NCBI GenBank assembly: GCA_965197905.1
Contig: CBDAOB010000002.1
Location: forward strand, 128,001-192,000
Source of the DNA: Candidatus Latescibacterota bacterium
GTDB lineage: Bacteria > Latescibacterota > UBA2968 > UBA8231
Direction of reading: 5' to 3'
Length of the DNA: 64,000 nt
Below are positions 39,520-49,239 of the stretch, in pieces (the stretch's first letter is position 1; each line of letters begins with the position of its first letter). The translations under genes and the position numbers were made by a program. The notes beneath the pieces were generated by a model, which was not told the DNA's origin, searched no databases, and saw only the letters and a program-made list of their open reading frames with translations.

Positions 39520-41016
39520 ATGGATCTGCAGCTAATCGAACCTCACAAACACCGTCAGCTGTTCGTGGACGACGCCGCGTTGGAAACGGGGGCCGGCGCA
39601 CAAAACCACGGTTGGACGCGGACCATGCATCCACCCAAGAAGTGCGGCCCCGTCATTCGTCCTGATCTATCCCGCGGTCAACGGTCGCTGCAAAGCCGCA
39701 GCGCGCCGCAATGGAATCCCGAAAAGGGAGTCTGGGAATGGTGGTATTTCGGCGAGCACGTCTACTACGCAACCTCGACCGACGGTGAGAACTGGGATCG
39801 CCCATCCCTAGGGCGTTACGAGTGGGAGGGTTCGAAAGAGAACAACATCGCGGACGATCCCGATAGCGGCGAAACCCGGCGATTGACCCACGTGCTTCGC
39901 GACGAAGCCGAAGATAGTCCGCAGCGACGCTACAAAGCGCTCTTTACCCGCAGGGCGGTCATCAATGCCAGTAGCCGCTTCCTGGCAACGTCCCCGGACG
40001 GGTTCGACTGGACCATTCTGGATCGCCCTCCGATACCCAGCAGCGACGAATGCCACTTCACTTACGACGAGTTCGGCCAGCAGTACCTGGCGCTCGTTAA
40101 GCACGGCACCGAATGGGGGCGCTCGGTTTTTCTTTCCACCAGCAAAGACTTCGAGCAGTTCACTGAACCACAGCTCATCTTTCATTCCGACGAGCTCGAC
40201 CGAGCGAACTGCCGGCGACGCGTACGCGAAGTGATCGAAGACCCCGACTATATTACACCGCCCATCGTCGACGATGTGGACTACATAGCCGAAGTCTACC
40301 AAATGGCCGTCATGCCGTACGAGGGATGTTATTTCGGGTTCCCCGGTCTGTTCAATCCGTTCGGAGCCATCGCCCCACCCACCAAGAACTTCACTCGCAT
40401 CAACCAGGTGGAGCTGGCGTTTTCCCGCGACCTCCACAACTGGGATCGGCTCGGGGATCGACAGGTGTTTGTCGGCCTCGACCGGTGGGACGGCGAAAAC
40501 TACGGCACGAGCCAGATCCTGTTGACCGGCCGTCCGGTTGTACGCCCCGATCTTGGTGAGATCTGGGTTTATTACAACGCCCTGCGCATGCCGGGGAACC
40601 GGGAACAATACCAGCAGCTGGACCGCAACCGGGAACTCTTCAGACTCAATGTGGATCCGGAGCTCTTCGAGGACGCGGGCGCCCTGTCGTTGGCAAAGCT
40701 CCGCCTGGACGGTTTTGTCTCGCTCGACGGCGGTGAGTCGGCGACCATCACCACCAAACCGTTCATGCTAAGAGGTGAAGAGGTATACATCAACGTCGAC
40801 GCCAAATGGGGGACGATCTTTGCCGAGATCGTCGATGGGGAAACCATGAAACGCTTCCCTGGCTTCACCGTCATTGGCGAACCAATCAGCGGCGATCACA
40901 GGCGCGCGAAGATAATTTGGCAGGGAGAGCACGACCGGGTCTTCGAGCGGCCGGTTCGCATCATCTTCGACCTGCACCAGACGCGCCTCTACTCCTTCTG
41001 GCTACAGAAGGAATGA
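39520..41016 (+). CDS. Uncharacterised beta-propeller (GH-like) protein, copy 2
   Basis: HRQLFVDD, YATSTDGENW, RRYKA, ELAFSRD, LRLDGFVSL and RLYSFW motifs. Confidence 0.8.
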   Translation: MDLQLIEPHKHRQLFVDDAALETGAGAQNHGWTRTMHPPKKCGPVIRPDLSRGQRSLQSRSAPQWNPEKGVWEWWYFGEHVYYATSTDGENWDRPSLGRYEWEGSKENNIADDPDSGETRRLTHVLRDEAEDSPQRRYKALFTRRAVINASSRFLATSPDGFDWTILDRPPIPSSDECHFTYDEFGQQYLALVKHGTEWGRSVFLSTSKDFEQFTEPQLIFHSDELDRANCRRRVREVIEDPDYITPPIVDDVDYIAEVYQMAVMPYEGCYFGFPGLFNPFGAIAPPTKNFTRINQVELAFSRDLHNWDRLGDRQVFVGLDRWDGENYGTSQILLTGRPVVRPDLGEIWVYYNALRMPGNREQYQQLDRNRELFRLNVDPELFEDAGALSLAKLRLDGFVSLDGGESATITTKPFMLRGEEVYINVDAKWGTIFAEIVDGETMKRFPGFTVIGEPISGDHRRAKIIWQGEHDRVFERPVRIIFDLHQTRLYSFWLQKE

Positions 41017-41056
41017 GGCCACGCGGGGGTCGAGGATGCCGCGGCTCGACACCCTG

Positions 41057-41088
41057 CTTGCACCGACGATCGATAACACGGTTTTTCA
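41057..41088 (+). promoter_or_regulatory. Conserved upstream motif copy
   Basis: CTTGCACCGACGATCGATAACACGGTTTTTCA. Confidence 0.55.
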
Positions 41089-41172
41089 CTTGAACGTCCG
41101 ATCACAAGCGGCTCTTTGCGCGACTGGCGACCGGCGTTCTAGGAGCAGCCCGACACGACTGGAGACCCCGAT

Positions 41173-41997
41173 ATGTCGACCGCCTCAACTCATTCCCGGT
41201 CTGAGCAAGCAGACCCTCCGGCTGAAATATTCGAACGGGACGGTTTCTTCATTCCGCCAGACCCAGTCATCCCGACGGAGCTCGTCGACAGGGCGGTCAG
41301 CCACATGGACGACGTGATGAACTGCGAATACGAAACCGGCGTTCCGCCCGGAGGCCGGAAATGGAATCCGGGTGATGATGAGCGCGTAATCCGCAAGATT
41401 GATCAACCCCATCTCTGCGACCGCACGATCATGGAGCTGTTTACCTATCCAGCCATCGGCCAATGGGCGGCGCTCCTGACCGGAGCCAAGATGATCCAGC
41501 TTTGGGCATCGCAGCTGTTGTACAAACCATCGGGAGGTGATGTGTCGGGGAATGTTGGCTGGCATCAGGACAAGCAGTACTGGACGTTTTGGCAGGATGG
41601 TGAGGTTTTTACGGCATGGATCGCGCTCAGCGACGTAACCGCAGAGAATGGAGCGATGCGGTTTGTGCGCGGCTCCCACTCCTGGGGCGGCGTCATAGAA
41701 GGTGGCGATTTTTACGGATCAGACCACCAAGCGCAGCGCGAGGCGATCACCGTTCCTCCGGGGAAGGTGTGGGAGGAAGTTCCGGCGTTGCTGCCACCCG
41801 GCGGCGTCAGCTTCCACCATCGGCATACCTTTCACGGCAGCGGACCCAATCGGGCGCCCTGGCCCCGCCGGAGCTTTGCTCTTCATCTCCGCACGGAAAA
41901 CACGGCGTCCATGCCTGGTATCGACAAGGACGTTTATACGATGAAGCTGGACGAACCTGACGTCTGTCCCATTTTGTATCAATCAGTCGATTCCTAG
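41173..41997 (+). CDS. Phytanoyl-CoA dioxygenase (PhyH) family protein
   Basis: FERDGF, WHQD, AWIALSD, NGAM, GSH and HGSGPN motifs. Confidence 0.92.
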   Translation: MSTASTHSRSEQADPPAEIFERDGFFIPPDPVIPTELVDRAVSHMDDVMNCEYETGVPPGGRKWNPGDDERVIRKIDQPHLCDRTIMELFTYPAIGQWAALLTGAKMIQLWASQLLYKPSGGDVSGNVGWHQDKQYWTFWQDGEVFTAWIALSDVTAENGAMRFVRGSHSWGGVIEGGDFYGSDHQAQREAITVPPGKVWEEVPALLPPGGVSFHHRHTFHGSGPNRAPWPRRSFALHLRTENTASMPGIDKDVYTMKLDEPDVCPILYQSVDS

Positions 41998-42060
41998 AAT
42001 TTCTGCGAGTCGAATCATTCGATGTTCCCGCAGGCGTAGATAGAGAGAGGTAGCCACAGG

Positions 42061-43017
42061 ATGTCGAGATTGCGTGTAGCCGAAGTTGGCACCGGCCCCA
42101 AAGGCCACCAGCACCTCAGTATCTTGAACGGTTTCGAGGAGGTGGAACTGGTTGCGGTTTGCGATCCGTCAGCGGAGGCGCGGGATGCGGTGGGTGAGGA
42201 GTTCAAGATATCAAAACGTTACGCCAACCTGGAGGAGCTGCTCGACAGCGAACAGCTGGACGCCGTCTTTGCGGCGACCCCGCCCCAACTCAATGCCCCG
42301 GTTGCCCAGACGTGCGTGGAACGCGGTCTCCACACCTTCCTGGAGAAACCGCCCGGGTTGAACGGCACCGAAACCATCGCTTTGCGGGATGCGGTGAACA
42401 GGGCCGGGGTAAAAGCGATGGTGGGCCTCAATCGCCGTTTCCATCCCATGATCATCAAAGCCAAGGAAATGGTCGAGGAACGGGGACCGATCGTGCAGCT
42501 GGTGGGTGAGTTCCACAAGAGCATGACGATGCTGGCCAACTCACGGCACTCCTCCAAGCCGGAGGTCATGGACAATTGGCTGGTCACCAACGATATCCAC
42601 GCGGTAGACATCGTGCGTCACCTCGCCGGAGCCGACGTAGCCGAGGTCCACAGCTTCGCCCGGCGCGCCTTTTCCGAATACCGCGACCTCCACGCCGCCC
42701 TCGTCATTTTCGAGAACGACTGCGTTGCAAACTACGCTTTCAATTACACCACCGGCTACCGGCTGGAGCGCTACGAGATTCATGGCCGCGATATCTCGGT
42801 TTTTCTCGAAGGCGTGGATAAGGGGACTATATACCGTGACGGCAAGATCAGCGAAATGCCATCTACGGATACCAGCGGCACTGAAGAGGAGCTGCGTTAC
42901 TTCGTCGACTGTGTGGTCGAGGATCGTCCGGTGGAGCCGCCGGCAGCCAATCTGGACGAAGCAGTCAAGAGTGTTGAACTGGTCGACGCGATTCGGGCAG
43001 GTTTCAGGGAAACTTGA
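42061..43017 (+). CDS. Gfo/Idh/MocA oxidoreductase
   Basis: VGTGPKG, LEKPPG, NRRF and DIHAVD motifs; paralog of 62632-63588. Confidence 0.92.
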   Translation: MSRLRVAEVGTGPKGHQHLSILNGFEEVELVAVCDPSAEARDAVGEEFKISKRYANLEELLDSEQLDAVFAATPPQLNAPVAQTCVERGLHTFLEKPPGLNGTETIALRDAVNRAGVKAMVGLNRRFHPMIIKAKEMVEERGPIVQLVGEFHKSMTMLANSRHSSKPEVMDNWLVTNDIHAVDIVRHLAGADVAEVHSFARRAFSEYRDLHAALVIFENDCVANYAFNYTTGYRLERYEIHGRDISVFLEGVDKGTIYRDGKISEMPSTDTSGTEEELRYFVDCVVEDRPVEPPAANLDEAVKSVELVDAIRAGFRET

Positions 43018-43054
43018 TCGACTGCCACCAACGAACTCCGGGGTATCGGCTTCC

Positions 43055-46003
43055 CTAAATTGGCTGACCGAACTCGGCGAATCCGACCAGACCTCTCACA
43101 AAGAATGACCAGCTATGGAAGTTGCGGTTTGAGCGAAACTCTTCGTCGAACCTTCTTTTGTCCTTTGCCAAACCGACGATTGTTACCATCTCGTATCCGA
43201 AGTAGCTGGTCCGATTGGTGAGCGTAGAAAAAGCGGTCCAGCGTTTGGAGCTCTCGCTTCCCGTGTTGTCCGCTACCCGGTACGGCAACGGCCCAAGCCC
43301 CTGAAGCCCGAGCCGCAGGTTTGTTCGCGGCAACAACTGGAATCGAAGACGCAGTATTGGAATCGATCTCTTCTCATGCTGGACCGCGCGGCCACGATCA
43401 TGATCGAATTGAAGGAACAGCATCTGTTTGTGTTGTGCGGTCAACTCCATCCGCGACGACCAGCTCCACGATTTGCCAACACGGCTTACCCAGGTCAACA
43501 GATCGAGGCGCCGCCGCCGTTGAAACAGTCCGGGGCGAAGCTCGCCTCCTTGCTGCCAGTTTATGCGTAACCGCAGCTTTTGCACCACACTCAATCGGTG
43601 GCGCTCGAAGCTTCCTTCCAGATATCCTTCGTTGACGAAGCTGTCTCTATACGCCAGCAAATCAGGCACGGCTACGCTCGAGAAGATCGGAGGACGGGCA
43701 TTCAACAGGAACTCGGCAGTGTTCGAACTGCTCAACCCCCCCTGTGTGAAAACATTGTCCCGATTTGGGTTCTCGACCGCAATCATGTAGGCATCGGCAA
43801 TATCGTCCAAGATCCGGCGGAAGTGGTTCTCGAAAAAGAGGTGTCGGAAACCCGTCGAGCTTCGTTTCTGGTAGGTCAGGATAAGGTAGGTTGAGCGATT
43901 CCGGCCAGCACCGGCAATCTGCGTAACGCCATGTCGGCCCACTGCAAGCGACCAGTTGGAACTGAAATCCAGTTGACCGAAGATGTGGTACCCCCGTTGA
44001 TCGGCGTCATACGGATAATCCACGTCGCCGTCATCTTCCCGCTGATCAGGCTCGTCGTTGTTATTCCGATCGAGACCGTAGGTATAGCGGTTGGGCTCCA
44101 CGTCGTACATGAGAAACGGCTCGTCATAGTCAGCCACTGAATTGAGATTACGGTTGGTATCAGGAATTCCGTCCCCATCCTCGTCCTGCCCGAGGAAAAC
44201 TCCGTCGATGTCGAAGCTGCGTTCGTCTGGTTCCAAGCCGACGATGTTGCCAATGCGACGATCTGGGTAACGGTCGCCGTCATCGTTGTCCTGCACCAGA
44301 TCCCAGTACACTGTGTTGTTGATCATGCCAGATAAATTCGTGTAGTCCAGATCGGAGTTGTTGTCCAGGTAGGTGCGCAGGCTGGTGGTGAATTCCGGGT
44401 TGATGGAGAAAAGCTCGGTCCCGACGCGACCCTGATCGAACCACCGTGTTGCGTTCAGGTAATAAGCCGATCCATGATCCGAGAAGCGCGCGCCCGATCC
44501 GAAATCGGCTTCACCTCCGGCGCGTGCAGGATAGCGGGCAAAGAGGGAGGAGCGGGCGTACTCTCCCCTTACCTGTACGCCCGCCAGGGCAACGTCGACG
44601 TCGGTACTGTAGGTAAACAAACCTGTACCCTCACCAACCCTGAAACGGACACGTCGCAGGTTCGAGTGATCGCGCATGTTCCCCTTGGCCCGCAGCACGT
44701 TGCGATAGAAGGTGGTCTTATATCGCGTATGGTAGCTACGTCCACGGGGATTGGCTTCGTCTAGCTGCGCCACGTCGACGCGGAAATCGCCTCCCATGAT
44801 TGCATCCACCTCCACCGATTCGACTGGATCCTCCTCCGACAGATCGAAGAGAAAAACCAGCTGCTGGTCGCCGTCCGCGTGCAGCACTTCTGTGCCGGAG
44901 CGAAGCTCGAATCCTGCAACCAACGTCTCCAGATTGGCGTCCCCGCTCACATCTACGCCCGCCTCGTGGTCCAATCGATACAAGTAGTCGGCATAAAGCG
45001 GGATCTCGTCTCGACCTTAATAGTACAATCTATGCCCGATGAATTGGGTGTAATCTAGAGCCTGAAAGCGCCCGGTTGCCGTTGAAAACCGCCCGACTTG
45101 CGGCGCGATACCGCCGTTGTGGGCCAACACCCGGGGTTCCAGATCCGGTCGCGAGGCGCCATTGACAATCAGCGTCAAATTCTGGACCACCGCGCCTCCC
45201 TTGCCGTCTTCGGGCGAATCGTCGGCGACGCGAACCACGATCCAATCAATGAGCGGCTGATCTGGTCGCAGCACCCCGTTCATGCTGTTGCCACCTCGGA
45301 CGCTGTTGTATATGTGGATGTTGGACCAGTTTAGTCCCAATTTTCCGATTCCGAGCTCAGTTTGCGCCCGTGCTCCCAGGAGCAATGTCGAGTCGTGGGC
45401 TATATGCGTCTCCCCAAGGGCAAAGATTGCGCGCGGCAGGTAGGCATGTGGTCGCTCGATTCGCGAAGCCAGACCGGTCAATTGAAGGCGTGGCATAGAA
45501 ACGTCCAAGCGAAAGCCGCTCAAGTCAGTCATCGACAAGGTCAGTGGCGAAAGTCGGGCGTTGAGGCCGTCGGCTACGACCAGGCTATATCCCCAATCTC
45601 CGTAGCCGTCGCGTCCGACCACCGTTGCTTTGTACACCTTATTCCATACGAGAAGGAAGATTCCGCTGTTTGGCTTGAAGATTGAACTACCATATTCCTG
45701 CCCCGGAAGCCGCGCCTCCTTCCAGAAATAGAGATCGTATCCATTGATCAGTCGATTGCCCAGAGGGCCGTAGAAGACCCTTGGCGAATCGATGTACGGA
45801 GCTGAATGGTTCGGGTAATTGTGAAAGGGATCGAAGGCCAAATTTCGATAACTTGGCCGCTCCCAGCGAAGAAAAGCACGGGTTGATTCGACCTCGGCCA
45901 AATCCGGCGTCTTGGCGATCGAAGAACCCTCGAAGGTTTGCAAGAGCGCCAGGATGCTCAAAAAGCTGACCCGTAACGTCAGCCGCCGATCAGATCGCTT
46001 CAT
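43055..46003 (-). pseudogene. Large exported, probably outer-membrane protein with Dx[DN]xDG Ca-binding loops, interrupted by an in-frame TAA
   Basis: Signal-like N-terminus; ...HRLYY-TAA(45019-45017)-GRDEIPLYADYLY... stays in frame; QDNDDGDRYPD, DEDGDGIPD and DRNNNDEPD motifs; alternating beta strands at the C-terminus. Confidence 0.75.
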
Positions 46004-46247
46004 CACTACTCGAATCTCCTGGTCCTTCGCGGACAAGTCGAAGCGTGCTTCATGCGGGATCGGCACGCTGCTCTCTTAACGGACGACCTCTGCAAGATTT
46101 CCATACACGGTACGGAATCGCATCTCGGACGCCAACCCGATTCCGAGGCCCTCGGAATCGCTACGCGGAAATGTTGCTGGATGTACGTGCGAATCCTGTT
46201 AGATTCTACCTGTTGCCAGTAAGCACCATTGTCCGGATGACGAAGCT

Positions 46248-46333
46248 ATGACAGTCGATCTGATTAACCCCAAGACGCATCGGCAGCTCTTTGTCGATGT
46301 CATGCGCGCCTTTACTCCTTCTGGATAGGATCC
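46248..46333 (+). pseudogene. Collapsed remnant of a beta-propeller family gene
   Basis: MTVDLINPKTHRQLFVD fused out of frame to HARLYSFWIG; these match the two termini of 39520-41016. Confidence 0.8.
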
Positions 46334-46338
46334 GGCAT

Positions 46339-47154
46339 ATGCCACACCGTCTCGACGCTGGTCAGATTCAAACCTACAGCGACCAAGGGTTCCTCCTGAT
46401 CGACGAACCGCTCTACTCGGCCGCGAAGTTCGCCGCGTTCAAGGAGCGCTTCGAGTGGCATCTTAAGTTGTGGGAGAGCCTCCAGGGTCACCCCGTAGAA
46501 GGAATCGACCGCGCCAACTTCGTCGACCCGAGTTTGAACGAGTGGTTTCTCGCCGACGAAGTGCTCGACCTGGTGGAACCACTCATCGGACCCGACATCG
46601 CTCTCTTTGCCACTTCGTGCCTGAACAAGCTCGCTCCGGCCGGCAAACGGGTGCCGTGGCACGAAGATGGATCGTATTGGAAACCGATGGCGGAAAATCG
46701 AATCGAGGTGGTCACCGTCTGGTTGGCCATCGATCCTTCGACTCCGGCCAACGGCTGCATGAGAGTGGTGCCCGGCTCCCACCGCGAGCGCGGTCGGGAG
46801 CACGAGCAAGTCAAGGATCTCGGCCACACCCTTCTCAAGAAGACGGTCCGGGAGGACCTGTTCGACGAATCTATCGCCGTGGACTGTATACTGGAACCAA
46901 ACCACTGCAGCCTGCACGACGCCTATTTGATCCACGGCTCCAACGCCACCGACGGCAAGATGCGCCGCTGCGGTTATCAGATGCGATACATGCCGACCAC
47001 CGTGAAGTCGACCCGTTTCAGCGGCCAGCAGGTCTATCTCGCCAGGGGCAAAGACCATGCCGGCAACGAATACCTCGACCGTGACAAAGTGAACAATCTG
47101 TGGCTGGAGGAACGACCGGAACTTCAGCAGCTCGTAGAAGCCTGCGCCGCGTGA
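46339..47154 (+). CDS. PhyH family dioxygenase
   Basis: YSDQGF, PWHED, VWLAID, NGCM, PGSH and IHGS motifs; ATG at 46339. Confidence 0.92.
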   Translation: MPHRLDAGQIQTYSDQGFLLIDEPLYSAAKFAAFKERFEWHLKLWESLQGHPVEGIDRANFVDPSLNEWFLADEVLDLVEPLIGPDIALFATSCLNKLAPAGKRVPWHEDGSYWKPMAENRIEVVTVWLAIDPSTPANGCMRVVPGSHRERGREHEQVKDLGHTLLKKTVREDLFDESIAVDCILEPNHCSLHDAYLIHGSNATDGKMRRCGYQMRYMPTTVKSTRFSGQQVYLARGKDHAGNEYLDRDKVNNLWLEERPELQQLVEACAA

Positions 47155-47289
47155 GGGATCGTTGATCGAGGGGCACGAGAAGGCGGGATCTACGATCTTG
47201 ACGGCAAAGGCGTGGAAAGTGTTGAGACGGCGACAGACCATCGCCGTTGACCACAATGACATCGCGTTGCATTCGCGTTGTTGCGGCGT

Positions 47290-47464
47290 CGGAGCGTGGT
47301 GGCGCAAAACGACGTGTGCCTCCTCGGGCAACTGCTCCCATACCTCCCGCGGAATATCCACGTTCCAAAACGACGTAGCCGTCGGTGCGCAGCGTTTCCA
47401 GGGCCCTCGCCAGCTGCTCCTCGCTCAGCTTGCCCTCAATGTGCTCCCGCGTTGAGAGTTCCAT
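47290..47464 (-). pseudogene. Collapsed remnant of a PhyH-family gene (3' limit approximate)
   Basis: MELS...LETLRTDGYVVLE joined out of frame at ~47362 to VDIPREVWEQLPEEAHVVLRH, which resembles the C-terminus of 56034-56828. Confidence 0.68.
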
Positions 47465-47501
47465 ACGGCCTGTCGCTTCTTTTCCAGCTGAATCACCCCG
47501 A

Positions 47502-49001
47502 TCAAACGGCTGTCGAAAATATCTTGGCTCGAGCCATGTGAATCCTGAGCGCCACACGCCGCCCCTTTAGGGCTGATAGATCACTCTTCCTCTTCCAAGT
47601 CACGACGCGAGAAAGCTCGTCCCCACTCAGCACATCCGCCTCCTCCAGCCCGAACCCGTCGAACGCTTTCACCGGTGCCGCCGGAGAGGAGGGGGACTCC
47701 ACCAGCTCGACCTTCACCCAACCGCCCTCCTTTCGCGTCTTGTAATTCAGTCGGAGCTGCTCGCCCTGGCATTCGCGTTCCACCACGGTCACCCGGCCCT
47801 CCACCGGCGCCTCAAGTGCCACCAGCCGATCCGGCTTCCACTGCGCCCAACGCCACTCCACTCCTCTTTCGTCTCTAGAACGGTTGCCCCCGTCGTGCAG
47901 ATCGTAGATACCCATCATCAACAAACCCCATGTCTCCTCATCAAGAGGAACTAGACTGGAATTGGGGAACACCATCCCGTACTCCTCGTGCCCGACATCA
48001 CGGGTGACGATGGGCCGGCGCTCGGGCCGGCTCCAAAGAATACCATCCCGGCTACTGGCGAACTGGATGTCCGTGGTGCCCGTCCAGCGGTGGAAGAAGG
48101 CGGGAAACATCAGGTGGCGACCGTTTCCCGGACAACGACAGTATCCCGAGCTGTAGACGTCGTCCCCTTGCGAATCCTGAGGGTCCATCCCGAACACGAC
48201 CCGGGCCGGCTCCCAGTCGCGAAATTCTTTGCCTTCGGTCCGCCATACGCAACGGCGCCGATCAAGGCTACCCCGCAGGTACGCGACGTACTTACCCTCG
48301 TCGGCATCGTAGGTCGCGATATTCAGGCTGTCCAGTCCCCTGCGCCCCACATTCAGCAGCGGCTCTTCCAGAAAACGCCACCGGAGCCCGTCCGCCGAAA
48401 CCGCTCCCAGAACCAGACCATGAAAGTAGAGCTCCTCTGCCATCCGGTCCCGCGAGTATCCTGCCGCCTCCATCTCATCGCGCAGCTCCCACTTCCTCTC
48501 GCGCGTCATGTCGGGTACGGCAACGCCCTTGTGGAAGAAGAGCCCTTTGCGTCCCAAAGCCTTGTAGCGCTCATTCGACGGCGCCGATGGATCAAGAAAC
48601 ACCGACTGCAGGTGGAAGTCCTCCACATCGAAAAGCAGATTGTTCGCAGTGTGGCCGCGGTACTCCTGCAGCCTCAGCTCGGGACGCTCCCAGTTGAATC
48701 CGTCCGTGCTCTCGGCGTAGGCGACGAAGCTTCTATCGCCCTCATCACTGCCGCAGCAATGATACCATAATCGCAACATCCCATTCTCGCTCAGCACGCA
48801 ACGCGGACCCAGATCCCCCTGCTCCCAGGGATGCTCGGGTCGAATGCAGATCTCCGACTTGTTGGCTTCCTGTACGGAAAGAGACACACCCATGGGCATG
48901 TCCTGGACCCAGATTTCGTTATCGTCGGTAATCTTCGTCTGACCGGGCCAGACGCCGTACCAGTCGAGAAAGGGTTGAGGAATGAGGGGTGCTTGGCTCA
49001 T
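47502..49001 (-). CDS. Uncharacterised beta-propeller (GH-like) protein, copy 3
   Basis: YAESTDGFNWERP, DPSAPSNERYKA, QFASSRDG and MARAKIFS motifs; ATG at 49001 after AGGAGG. Confidence 0.8.
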   Translation of the reverse strand: MSQAPLIPQPFLDWYGVWPGQTKITDDNEIWVQDMPMGVSLSVQEANKSEICIRPEHPWEQGDLGPRCVLSENGMLRLWYHCCGSDEGDRSFVAYAESTDGFNWERPELRLQEYRGHTANNLLFDVEDFHLQSVFLDPSAPSNERYKALGRKGLFFHKGVAVPDMTRERKWELRDEMEAAGYSRDRMAEELYFHGLVLGAVSADGLRWRFLEEPLLNVGRRGLDSLNIATYDADEGKYVAYLRGSLDRRRCVWRTEGKEFRDWEPARVVFGMDPQDSQGDDVYSSGYCRCPGNGRHLMFPAFFHRWTGTTDIQFASSRDGILWSRPERRPIVTRDVGHEEYGMVFPNSSLVPLDEETWGLLMMGIYDLHDGGNRSRDERGVEWRWAQWKPDRLVALEAPVEGRVTVVERECQGEQLRLNYKTRKEGGWVKVELVESPSSPAAPVKAFDGFGLEEADVLSGDELSRVVTWKRKSDLSALKGRRVALRIHMARAKIFSTAV

Positions 49002-49057
49002 TTGGGTCCTCCTAATCCGCAATGTCCCGCCTCAGGTAGCCATCTTCGTGCGCCTTG

Positions 49058-49089
49058 CTTGACCCGACGATAGTCAAGGTGGTTTATTT
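49058..49089 (+). promoter_or_regulatory. Conserved upstream motif copy with an internal palindrome
   Basis: CTTGAC-CCGACGATA-GTCAAG-GTGGTTTATTT between divergent genes. Confidence 0.55.
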
Positions 49090-49239
49090 CGCCTAAACCT
49101 GAGCTATGTATGCACGGCTGTGTTGCACGCGGTTTCAAACTGCCGGCGCGGCCGAGAGGAGCAACAATACGGCGCAGGGCGAGTTGCTGCAGGGAATTGC
49201 TTGCCGCGTGGCTGTGTCGATGCCCGCGCTGAACTGACC

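Noticed and set aside
12752..45019. Stop-codon recoding (pyrrolysine or an alternative code) to explain the in-frame TAG and TAA
   Set aside because: The two stops differ, both TAG and TAA end ordinary genes here (e.g. 25388, 27058, 29603, 39506), no pyl genes are in the window, and frameshifts are equally common.
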